From NCBI GenBank assembly GCA_040767925.1, contig JAXGNN010000001.1, forward strand, positions 1,240,285-1,304,284: a stretch of DNA of 64,000 nucleotides. The letters are read 5' to 3'. A program made the position numbers and the translations under genes. The stretch comes from Christensenellales bacterium (GTDB lineage: Bacteria > Bacillota > Clostridia > Christensenellales > CAG-138). Numbering within the stretch: the stretch's first letter is position 1; each line of letters opens with the position of its first letter. The notes beneath the pieces were generated by a model that saw nothing but the letters and a program-made list of their open reading frames with translations, did no database searches and was not told where the DNA came from. Shown here one piece after another: positions 47,042 through 55,157 of this stretch.

Positions 47042-47820
47042 GCAGAACATCGGATTTCATCGCCTGGCTCACGGCGCGGCGGGGCGCGGCCTACGTGTGG
47101 GGCGCGCAGGGGCAGGAGGCGCGTCCCGACGGGAGCGTTATCCTCGACGGGAAGCGCGTTTCCGCCTCGTGGGAAAGCTGGGTGGACGCCCGCGAGAACA
47201 GCGGCGAGAACGCGAGGCGCGCGAAGGAGTATATCAGAAAGCGGCTTGAAGCGGGGGACGGCAACGTCCCCTGCTTCGACTGCAGCGGCCTTCTCATGCG
47301 CTACCTCAAGGACGTCAAGGGCTATTTCCCCGAAGACAAAAGCGCGGCGGGGCTCCTCGCCGCGTGCAAAGAGATCGCAAGGGGCGCGCTCACGCCCGGG
47401 CATCTCCTGTTTCGCCACAACGGCAAAAAGGCGCATCACGTGGGCGTCTACCTCGGGGACGGCCTGGCGATCGAGGCGCAGGGAAGGAGCGCGGGCGTCG
47501 TGATCCGCCCGCTCGACGCGTCCGGCGCAAACTACTGGAACCGCTTCGGCGCGCTCCCCTGCCTCGCTGAAGACGGCGCAAAAGCCGCCCCGAGGCAGAC
47601 CCGCTTCGCCGTATGCGCGGGGGGAAGCGTCAACGTGCGCAAAGCTCCCGGCACGGAACACGCGGCGTTGGCGGTCGCGCACAAGGGCGATCCCATGCTC
47701 TTCCTCCCTTCGGCGGAGAAGGACTGGGGGCAGGTCGCAATTTTCCATGCGGGAGGGCTTGTCACAGGTTACATGCATGTGAAATATATTGATTGTATAG
47801 AGGGAGGCATTGAACAATGA
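47038..47820 (+). CDS. Endolysin: NlpC/P60 peptidase plus SH3b domain
   Basis: YVWGAQG, FDCSGL, HVGVYLGDG, then VNVRKAPGT...W......GYM...YI. Confidence 0.85.
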   Translation: MSRTSDFIAWLTARRGAAYVWGAQGQEARPDGSVILDGKRVSASWESWVDARENSGENARRAKEYIRKRLEAGDGNVPCFDCSGLLMRYLKDVKGYFPEDKSAAGLLAACKEIARGALTPGHLLFRHNGKKAHHVGVYLGDGLAIEAQGRSAGVVIRPLDASGANYWNRFGALPCLAEDGAKAAPRQTRFAVCAGGSVNVRKAPGTEHAALAVAHKGDPMLFLPSAEKDWGQVAIFHAGGLVTGYMHVKYIDCIEGGIEQ

Positions 47821-48293
47821 CTGCAAAAACACTCGAATGGATCAAAGCGGCTTTCGCAACCCTTGGCGGCATCGCCGCGTACCTGTGGGGTCCGTGGGAC
47901 TCCCTGTGCATGACGCTCGTCGCCTTCGTGGCGATCGATTACATCACCGGCATCACCAAAGCTGCCGTCCTCAAACAGCTGGACAGCTCCGTGGGCTTTC
48001 AGGGGCTGCTCAAAAAGCTCTTCATATTCGCCCTCGTTGCGCTCGCCACGATGATCGACCGGATCATCCCCGAGGCGAACAGCGCCATACGCTCCGCGGT
48101 AATGGTGTTCTACATCGCGAACGAAGGGCTGAGCATCCTCGAAAACGCCGGGGAAATGGGGCTTCCGCTGCCCAAAGTGCTCAAGAACGCGCTTCATAAG
48201 CTGGGCGGCTCCGACGAAACGAAGCCCGGTGAAACCGAAGACGCGAAGGCCGGCGAAAACGAGAACAACCAAAACGACGAAAACAAAACGTAA
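47817..48293 (+). CDS. Phage holin (toxin secretion/phage lysis holin family)
   Basis: IDYITG, LDSSVGFQGLLKK, FYIANEGLSILENAGEMGLPLP. Confidence 0.9.
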   Translation: MTAKTLEWIKAAFATLGGIAAYLWGPWDSLCMTLVAFVAIDYITGITKAAVLKQLDSSVGFQGLLKKLFIFALVALATMIDRIIPEANSAIRSAVMVFYIANEGLSILENAGEMGLPLPKVLKNALHKLGGSDETKPGETEDAKAGENENNQNDENKT

Positions 48294-48307
48294 GCCGACA
48301 CCGCCTC

Positions 48308-48347
48308 AAAACCCGCGCCGTGATCCTTGTCCGGCGCGGGTTTTTCG
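48308..48347 (+). terminator. Terminator closing the particle operon
   Basis: AAAACCCGCGCCG...CGGCGCGGGTTTTT. Confidence 0.75.
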
Positions 48348-48387
48348 TTTATAATGATATATCCAAGGGATTACGCGCGGAGGGAAC

Positions 48388-49314
48388 ATGCTGCGAAAAG
48401 AGCTTACCGCCTACTACGCGGCGGCGCGCGCGCGCGCGCTGCAAAAATACGACGCGCGAAGGAGCGAAACGCACGCCGCCATCCCCCGCCTCGCTGAAAT
48501 CGAGATTGAGATGCGGGAAGCCGCGTTCCACCTCGCCATCGGCCTGCGCTCCGCGCCGGATAAGGCGGCTTACCGTCAAACGGTGGACGAAAAGCTGAAA
48601 AGCCTTTCTATGGAGCGCGCGCGGCTGCTCGCGGACCACGGGCACGCGCCGGATTATCTTGAAATTCCCTACGAATGCCCCCGCTGCAGCGACACGGGCT
48701 GCCTGCCCGACGGTGCGCTCTGCCCCTGCGCGCGGGAAAAGCTGCTTTCGCTCAAATACGCCTCCTCCGGCCTCGCGCCGGACGCGCGCTTCGAGCTGTT
48801 CAGCGCCTCGATCTATAAAAACGCCGAGCAGAAGCGGCGCAGCCTGCGCGCGAGGGAGCTCTGCGAGCTGTTCGCGGGCGAGCTCGCGCTCAACGGCGCG
48901 CCGGGCCTCATCCTCATGGGCGAGACGGGCGTGGGCAAAACGTATCTCCTCGACTGCATCGGCCGCCGCGCGCTCGAGCGCGGGCGGAGCGTGCAGAAGT
49001 ACACGGCTTACAACATCGTCGACATGATGCTGCGCGCCGTGCGCGAGCGCGCCTCCGCCGCCGACCTGTGCGAGCCGGAGCTTCTGTTGATCGACGACCT
49101 CGGCACCGAGCCGATGATCCCCTCCATCACCTTCGAGGCGCTCTTCGCCGCCATCAACGAGCGCGGCAACGCCGGGCGGGCGACGGTCGTCGCGACCAAC
49201 CTCGACCGCGCGGAGATCCTCGACAATTACGGGGAGCGCATCTTCTCCCGCCTCTTTTCGCAGAAGGGATACAGCGTGATCGAGCTTAAAGGGCATGACC
49301 TTCGGGTCAATTGA
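48388..49314 (+). CDS. DnaC/IstB-like AAA+ ATPase with zinc finger
   Basis: YECPRCSDTG...CPC; Walker A GETGVGKT; LLLIDDLGTE; ATNL; YGERIFSRL. Confidence 0.85.
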   Translation: MLRKELTAYYAAARARALQKYDARRSETHAAIPRLAEIEIEMREAAFHLAIGLRSAPDKAAYRQTVDEKLKSLSMERARLLADHGHAPDYLEIPYECPRCSDTGCLPDGALCPCAREKLLSLKYASSGLAPDARFELFSASIYKNAEQKRRSLRARELCELFAGELALNGAPGLILMGETGVGKTYLLDCIGRRALERGRSVQKYTAYNIVDMMLRAVRERASAADLCEPELLLIDDLGTEPMIPSITFEALFAAINERGNAGRATVVATNLDRAEILDNYGERIFSRLFSQKGYSVIELKGHDLRVN

Positions 49315-49350
49315 CGCGCTGCGCCAACTGGCTTAGCGAATAACTGCTGC

Positions 49351-49475
49351 ACGAAGGGATTCCGCAAGCGGAATCCCCGATTTTATGCGCTTTTCCCCGC
49401 CGCAGCGGAAAGCTATTCACGATTCACTATTCGCTATTCGCTATTCGCTAGAGAATTGACAAATTCATTGTCAGT
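49351..49475. repeat. Hairpin plus (TATTC(A/G)C)n heptamer tract
   Basis: acgaagggattccgcaagcggaatccc, as at 4535, and gctattcacgattcactattcgctattcgctattcgcta. Confidence 0.7.
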
Positions 49476-50217
49476 TCTCCATGATCGGCCCTCCGCGGCG
49501 GACGACGGGCGAATCCCAGTAGCGCAGTTCGCCGCCGTACTTTTCGGCGATGCGGATGGCGCGCGTGGTCAGGGCGTCGATCTCGGCCTTCTCGAGCGTC
49601 GCGAGGCGCACGATGGCGACGCCGTAGGCGAGCTCATGGTCCGGCTCATAGACGGGTTTCGCGATGGCGAAGCCCGAAAGCCGCGCCTGCTCGGAAAAGA
49701 GCAGCATGATGCTCTCCGTCGCGAAGAACAGCGAGAGGGTGACGCGGCGAAGGCTCGCGGCATTGTCCCCGTTCTTGCGCAGAAGGGCGATCTGGTCCCC
49801 GTTGCGCTCGGTCTGGAGCTTGGCGGCGTCCGGATAGAGCAGCGAGCGGTAGGTCACCCACTCCGGCTCCTCCGCGCCGCCCGCGCGACAGAGCAATATG
49901 CGCTCGCGGTCCGCGATTTCGTCGAGGAGCTTCTTTAGCCGCCTCTCCTGCGCGTAGAAATAGAACTGCCTTTGCGCGCCGATCCCGATCGATCCCGCGT
50001 ACAGGCACGCGCTTTGCTTGAGGAAGCCCTTTTTCAGGCTCTCCGCGCGCGCGGATTCGATGGCGCTCAGGGAGTGCGCCTCGCGGCGACGGCTTTCGCA
50101 GCTCAGGTACAGAAGCACCGGCCATTCCGCAGAGGGAATGTCCGCAAGCTCCATATCGACCTCGAAGCGCGCCATAGCGCCCTCGATGGGCCAATCATAC
50201 CCGAACCACTGCGCCAT
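49471..50217 (-). CDS. DUF695 / RraB-like domain protein
   Basis: RQFYFY, EPEW..Y...LYP, L.KNGD....R, and C-terminal GG....W pattern. Confidence 0.65.
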   Translation of the reverse strand: MAQWFGYDWPIEGAMARFEVDMELADIPSAEWPVLLYLSCESRRREAHSLSAIESARAESLKKGFLKQSACLYAGSIGIGAQRQFYFYAQERRLKKLLDEIADRERILLCRAGGAEEPEWVTYRSLLYPDAAKLQTERNGDQIALLRKNGDNAASLRRVTLSLFFATESIMLLFSEQARLSGFAIAKPVYEPDHELAYGVAIVRLATLEKAEIDALTTRAIRIAEKYGGELRYWDSPVVRRGGPIMEN

Positions 50218-50219
50218 TT

Positions 50220-52007
50220 TTACTCAAGCACGGCCTTGATCCTGCGCACGCCGGCGCTGGAGGCCTCCTCTTTCTTGATTTTAAAGCTGCCGAGCTCGCC
50301 CGTGCGGGAAGCGTGCGGCCCGCCGCAGATTTCCTTGGAGAAGTTGCCCATGGTGTATACCTTGACGCGCTCGCTGTACTTGTCGCCGAAAAGGCCCATG
50401 GCGCCCTCGGCGCGGGCCTCTTCCACGGACATCTCGACGCAGGTGATCTCAGCGTCCTCCCTGATGGCGGCGTTGACGAGGCGCTCGACCTCTAAGAGCT
50501 CCTCCTCGGTCAGCTTGCGCTCGAAGCTGAAGTCGAAGCGCAGCCTCTCCGCCGTGATGTTGCTGCCCTTCTGCGCGACGCTGTCGCCCAGCACTTTGCG
50601 AAGCGCGGCCTGCAAAAGGTGCGTCGCCGTGTGCAGGCGCGCCGTCTGCTCGCCCGTGTCGGCAAGGCCGCCCTTGAAGCGCTGCTCCGCGCCCGCCTGC
50701 GACTTCCTCTGGTGCTCGGCGAACGCCTCCTCGAAGCCCTTCGCGTCGACCGAAAGGCCGTTTTCCGCGGCCATCTCCTCTGTAAACTCGATGGGGAAGC
50801 CGTAGGTGTCGTAAAGATGGAAGGCGGTGACGCCGTCGATGACGCCGCCGGGGAAGTTGGCCTTCACGCGCTCGAACTCGCGCATGCCGTTTTTGAGCGT
50901 GCGCTGGAAGCGGGCCTCCTCGCGGGAAAGCTCCTCGGTGATTTTATTGCGGTTCTGCTCCAGCTCGGGATACACCTTGCCGTAGCGTTCGATCACGGCC
51001 TCAGCGACGTGCTTCAGGCTGTCCTGCGGCATGTCGAGCTGCATGGCGTAGCGGATGGCGCGGCGGATGAGCCGCCTTAGGATATACCCCTGGTCGATGT
51101 TCGAGGGCGTGACGCCGCGCGGGTCGCCGATGATGAAGCTCGCGCAGCGGACATGGTCCGCGATGATGCGAAAGGCGCGGACGGTCGCGTCGCTGTCCTT
51201 ATAATTCTTCCGGGAAAGCTCCGCGATCCTCGCGATGATGCCGGTAAACGCGTCCGTATCGAACACGCTCTCGGCGCCCTGCAACGTGGCGATCGTGCGG
51301 TCGAGCCCCATGCCGGTGTCGACGTTCTTCTGGGAGAGCGGCTCGAACCTGCCCTCGCCCAGCTTGTTGTATTCCATAAAGACGTTGTTCCAGATTTCAA
51401 GGTACTTCCCGCAGGAGCACGAGGGGTTGCACTCCGCGCAGCACGCGGGCTTGCCCGTGTCGTAGAAGATCTCCGTATCCGGCCCGCAGGGGCCCGTCAT
51501 GCCCGCGGGGCCCCACCAGTTATCCTTCTTGCCGAGGAAGAAGATATGCGCGGGGTCCGCGCCCATCTCGACCCAGCGGTCGTGCGCCGCGACGTCGCGC
51601 GGCGCGTCCGCGTCGCCCGCGAAGCAGGTGAAATAGAGCTTTTCCTTCGGGATGCCGAGCCACTTCTCATCCGTGAGGAACTCCCAGCTCCACGCGATGG
51701 ACTCGCGCTTGAAGTAGTCCCCGAGAGACCAGTTGCCGAGCATCTCGAAGAAGGTGCAGTGCGAGGAATCGCCCACCTCGTCGATGTCGCACGTGCGCAC
51801 GCACTTCTGCACGTCCGCGAGCCTCCTGCCCGCGGGATGCTTCTCGCCCATCAGGTACGGCACGAGGGGGTGCATGCCCGCGGTCGTGAACAGCACCGTG
51901 GGGTCGTTTTCCGGTATGAGCGAAGCCGAGGGGATGATGGCGTGCCCCCGCTCGGCAAAGAATTTAAGGTAGAGCTCGCGAAGCCCGTCCGAGGTCAAGT
52001 TGCGCAT
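50220..52007 (-). CDS. alaS: Alanine--tRNA ligase (short form without C-Ala domain)
   Basis: DPTVLFTTAGM, HCTFFEMLGNWSLGDYFK, VDTGMGLDR, HTATHLL, EICGGPH, GVRRIKA. Confidence 0.96.
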   Translation of the reverse strand: MRNLTSDGLRELYLKFFAERGHAIIPSASLIPENDPTVLFTTAGMHPLVPYLMGEKHPAGRRLADVQKCVRTCDIDEVGDSSHCTFFEMLGNWSLGDYFKRESIAWSWEFLTDEKWLGIPKEKLYFTCFAGDADAPRDVAAHDRWVEMGADPAHIFFLGKKDNWWGPAGMTGPCGPDTEIFYDTGKPACCAECNPSCSCGKYLEIWNNVFMEYNKLGEGRFEPLSQKNVDTGMGLDRTIATLQGAESVFDTDAFTGIIARIAELSRKNYKDSDATVRAFRIIADHVRCASFIIGDPRGVTPSNIDQGYILRRLIRRAIRYAMQLDMPQDSLKHVAEAVIERYGKVYPELEQNRNKITEELSREEARFQRTLKNGMREFERVKANFPGGVIDGVTAFHLYDTYGFPIEFTEEMAAENGLSVDAKGFEEAFAEHQRKSQAGAEQRFKGGLADTGEQTARLHTATHLLQAALRKVLGDSVAQKGSNITAERLRFDFSFERKLTEEELLEVERLVNAAIREDAEITCVEMSVEEARAEGAMGLFGDKYSERVKVYTMGNFSKEICGGPHASRTGELGSFKIKKEEASSAGVRRIKAVLE

Positions 52008-52166
52008 ACGTCGTTCTTCTCCTTGATAATTCACACTTTGTTCGTGATTATTCAGTATATCCCAATCGCCCGCGCCTTGTCAACGCGCGCCGGCGCGGGT
52101 ATAATGAGCCATGATATCCCCACGCCATTGGATCGTCGAGCGATATTCAGCGAAGGCGAAGAACGA

Positions 52167-53084
52167 ATGAAAGTACGCGCATACAGGGGCTTTCGCAGCC
52201 CCAAGGACAGGAAAAAACGCAGGTTCAGCCCCATCACCTTCCGCGGAGAGGAGGGCAGGACGCCCCGGCGGGTGCTCTTCACCGCGCTCGGCGCCGCGTT
52301 GCTGCTCGTCGTGCTCATCGCGACGCGCTCCGAGCCCGCGCTGATGAACAGCGCGGAGGTCGCGACGGTTTGGGACAGGGGCGTGCTGCGCGTGGGCGTG
52401 CGCGCGGACATGCCCGGCATGGCCATGGACGGCGAGGGGCTTGAAATCGAGCTCGCGCGCCTGCTCGCCGAGCGGATCATGCGCGCGGACAATTCCTGGC
52501 CGGGCGGGCAGCCGGTGGAACTCGTGCCTGTGAACGCCATGAGCGTCGCGGCGAAGCTCTCCGACGGCAGCATAGACGCCGCCGTCTGCCTCATGCCCGC
52601 AAACGCGTATTCCGGATACGCGTACTCCCGCGCGTACTATACGGACACGATCCATTTCCTCACGCGCGCGGGCGAGAAGGGGACGCCGATCCAAAACATC
52701 AAAATCGGCTGCCTCCAGTCGGCGAGCGGCACGAGCCTGTACGTCCCCTCGGGCGCCGTCTACAACGCGCTCGCGGCCTACGTCGAGGCGCACCCGGACG
52801 ACGGGCTTGCGGAAAGCATCGTCGCATACGCCTCCTACGAGGATCTGTTCCGCGGTCTTCTCGCGGGCGAAGTCGCGGCCGTCGCGCTCGACGGGCTGAC
52901 GCTTGGGAAATACAGGGACAGCTACGCCTTCGAGGTGAGCCCCGCAACCGTCGGCAGCGTCAGCTACGCGATCGCCTGCCTCAACGAGGCCTCCGCGATC
53001 GCCTCCATCGCCGACATGATGCTCTCCGACATGGAATCGGACGGCACGCTCGCCTCGCTGAAAGAAAAATACGGATTGAACTGA
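52167..53084 (+). CDS. Amino-acid ABC-type substrate-binding domain protein (family 3)
   Basis: N-terminal TM; RGVLRVGV, GLEIELARLLA, L.DGSIDA, DGTLASLKEKYGL. Confidence 0.75.
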   Translation: MKVRAYRGFRSPKDRKKRRFSPITFRGEEGRTPRRVLFTALGAALLLVVLIATRSEPALMNSAEVATVWDRGVLRVGVRADMPGMAMDGEGLEIELARLLAERIMRADNSWPGGQPVELVPVNAMSVAAKLSDGSIDAAVCLMPANAYSGYAYSRAYYTDTIHFLTRAGEKGTPIQNIKIGCLQSASGTSLYVPSGAVYNALAAYVEAHPDDGLAESIVAYASYEDLFRGLLAGEVAAVALDGLTLGKYRDSYAFEVSPATVGSVSYAIACLNEASAIASIADMMLSDMESDGTLASLKEKYGLN

Positions 53085-53179
53085 TCTATTGGCTTAAAAT
53101 TTACACGGCGCCCAAAATGCAAAAATCGAATTTGAATCCCGAAAACGGTACTTAGGTGCCGTTTTCGCCTTTTTGGCCG

Positions 53180-53235
53180 TTGCCCGGGCCCGTCCGGCGT
53201 GATAGAATGCGCCTACAAACACGAACATATATTCT
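53180..53235 (+). promoter_or_regulatory. Sigma-A promoter with a downstream LexA (Cheo) box-like operator
   Basis: TTGCCC-17bp-TAGAAT (TG-extended), then CGAAC-ATAT-ATTC at 53222-53234, one mismatch to GAAC-N4-GTTC. Confidence 0.65.
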
Positions 53236-53256
53236 ATTTTTAGGAGGAAACAGAAG

Positions 53257-53787
53257 ATGAAAAGAAAGGATTACGGCATCGAGAACATGATGGTGCTGCC
53301 GGAGACGCGCTCCGCGCGCGGGCGGAACAGCCATGTGGTCACGCGCGAGGAGGCGCGCTCGGCCGCCTACGCCGCGACGGAACGCCGCCTCCATCAGATG
53401 AAGCTCATCCGCGCCCGCATCGAGGACGCGAAGGAGGAGCTTGCGGAACTGGAGAACCTGGGCGTCGAGGCGCTGCGGGAGCACTCCTCGTCGCTCGTGC
53501 GCCTCCTCCGCCCCGGCATGCGCCTCGATCCCGAGGAGGTGCACGCCGCGCAGATGGCCTACCTGCGCTCCCGCCTCGCGGCGGACGAGCGCGAGATCCG
53601 CAAGATGACCGTGGCCATGGAGTGCGTCAAGGACGACCCGTACTTCCCAGCCCTCGACATGCGCTACGCGCGCGGCATGACGGACGCAGAGATCGCCGAA
53701 AAGCTCGCCTGCGACAAGACCACCGTCGCCCGCCACAGGAAGATGCTCGTCAGGGACCTCTCCGTGCGGCTCTACGGGGTGATCTAG
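53257..53787 (+). CDS. ArpU/RinA-like phage late-gene activator (sigma-70 region 4-type HTH)
   Basis: Coiled coil plus C-terminal MRY..GMTDAEIAEKLACDKTTVARHRKMLV..L...LYG; AGGAGG RBS. Confidence 0.7.
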   Translation: MKRKDYGIENMMVLPETRSARGRNSHVVTREEARSAAYAATERRLHQMKLIRARIEDAKEELAELENLGVEALREHSSSLVRLLRPGMRLDPEEVHAAQMAYLRSRLAADEREIRKMTVAMECVKDDPYFPALDMRYARGMTDAEIAEKLACDKTTVARHRKMLVRDLSVRLYGVI

Positions 53788-53788
53788 C

Positions 53789-55135
53789 ATGTGCGCGACG
53801 CTCCTTCTTCGCGGCGCGCCCAACCCGCGGCAGGCGGAGTTCTTCGTCTCGGGCGCGCGGCACACGGCCTACGGCGGCGCGCGCGGCGGCGGCAAAAGCT
53901 GGGCCATGCGAAGGAAGCTCGTGCTCCTTGCGCTGGCGACGCCGGAGTTGAACGCGCTGCTCATCCGGCGCACGCTCCCGGAGCTTCGCGAGAACCATTT
54001 AATCCCGCTCATGCGGGAGCTTGCGGGCGCCGCCCGCTACAACGCGAGCGAGCGCGTGTTCCGCTTCCCCAACGGCGCGCGGCTGCGCCTTGGCTACTGC
54101 GACGGGCAAAACGACGTCTATCAGTATCAGGGGCAGGAGTACGACGCCATCGGCATGGAGGAGGCCACGCACTTCACCGAGGAGCAGATGCGCTTCCTCA
54201 CCACCTGCAACCGCACCGTCAAACACGGTTTCCGCCCCAGGATGTACTACACCTGCAACCCCGGCAACGTGGGCCACGGCTGGGTCAAGCGGCTGTTCAT
54301 CGACCGCCTCTACGAGAACGGCGAGCGCCCCGAGGACTACCGCTTCATCCCCGCGCGGGTGTGGGACAACAAAGTTCTTCTCGCGGCCGACCCGGACTAC
54401 GTCCGCGCGCTCGAGAGCCTGCCGGAGGATTTGCGCCGCGCCTACCTCGACGGGGACTGGGACGTACACGCGGGTCAGTATTTCAGGGAGTTCTCGCGGC
54501 AGAGGCACGTCGTCGAGCCCTTCGAGCTCCCGCTATGGTGGAAGCGCTTCCGCTCCATGGACTGGGGCTACAACGACCCCTGCTGCGTGCTGTGGCACGC
54601 CGCGGACGGCGACGGACGCGTCTATACCTACCGCGAGCTGTATGTGCGCGCCGTGCGGGCGGACGAGGTCGCCGCGCGCGTGCGCGCCCTCTCGGAGGGC
54701 GAGAAGATCGCCTACACCGTGGCGAGCCCGGACATGTGGCAGAAGCGCGGCGCGGTGCTGAAGGCGGAGGGGGGCTTCGAAGGGGAGAGCATCGCGGAGC
54801 TGTTCGCGAAGTCCGGCGTGCCCCTCACGCCCGCGGACAACGCGCGCGTGGCGGGCTGGCAGCGGGTGAGGAGCTACCTCGCTTTGGCACAGGACGGCCT
54901 GCCGCTCTGGCAGGTGTTTGCCGGCTGCGGGGAACTCATCCGCACGCTCCCCATGCTCACCTATTCCCGGCACGACCGCGAGGACGCGGCGGACGGGGAC
55001 GACCACGCGCCGGAGGCGCTGCGCTACGCGCTCATGTCCCGCCCGCGCCGCAGCGCCGCGCCCGGGGAGGCGGTCAGGCGCGCCTACGACCCACTCTCGA
55101 TCGGGGCGCAGACAAGGGATTTCATGAATCGGTAA
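53789..55135 (+). CDS. Terminase large subunit
   Basis: PNPRQ adenine motif, YGGARGGGKS Walker A, YQGQEYDAIGMEEATHF Walker B, YTCNPG, SMDWGYNDP and DHAPEALRY nuclease motifs. Confidence 0.93.
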   Translation: MCATLLLRGAPNPRQAEFFVSGARHTAYGGARGGGKSWAMRRKLVLLALATPELNALLIRRTLPELRENHLIPLMRELAGAARYNASERVFRFPNGARLRLGYCDGQNDVYQYQGQEYDAIGMEEATHFTEEQMRFLTTCNRTVKHGFRPRMYYTCNPGNVGHGWVKRLFIDRLYENGERPEDYRFIPARVWDNKVLLAADPDYVRALESLPEDLRRAYLDGDWDVHAGQYFREFSRQRHVVEPFELPLWWKRFRSMDWGYNDPCCVLWHAADGDGRVYTYRELYVRAVRADEVAARVRALSEGEKIAYTVASPDMWQKRGAVLKAEGGFEGESIAELFAKSGVPLTPADNARVAGWQRVRSYLALAQDGLPLWQVFAGCGELIRTLPMLTYSRHDREDAADGDDHAPEALRYALMSRPRRSAAPGEAVRRAYDPLSIGAQTRDFMNR

Positions 55136-55157
55136 ATCATAAAAGGAGGATATTGAA

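Larger units (their letters stand above)
33055..48293 (+). mobile_element. Phage-derived (podovirus-like) head/tail/lysis block of a putative domesticated GTA-like element, with an inserted toxin-immunity array
   Basis: Co-oriented scaffold, capsid, adaptor, tail, fibre, endolysin and holin genes; no integrase, repressor or replication genes; host-like GC outside the toxin array. Confidence 0.75.
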
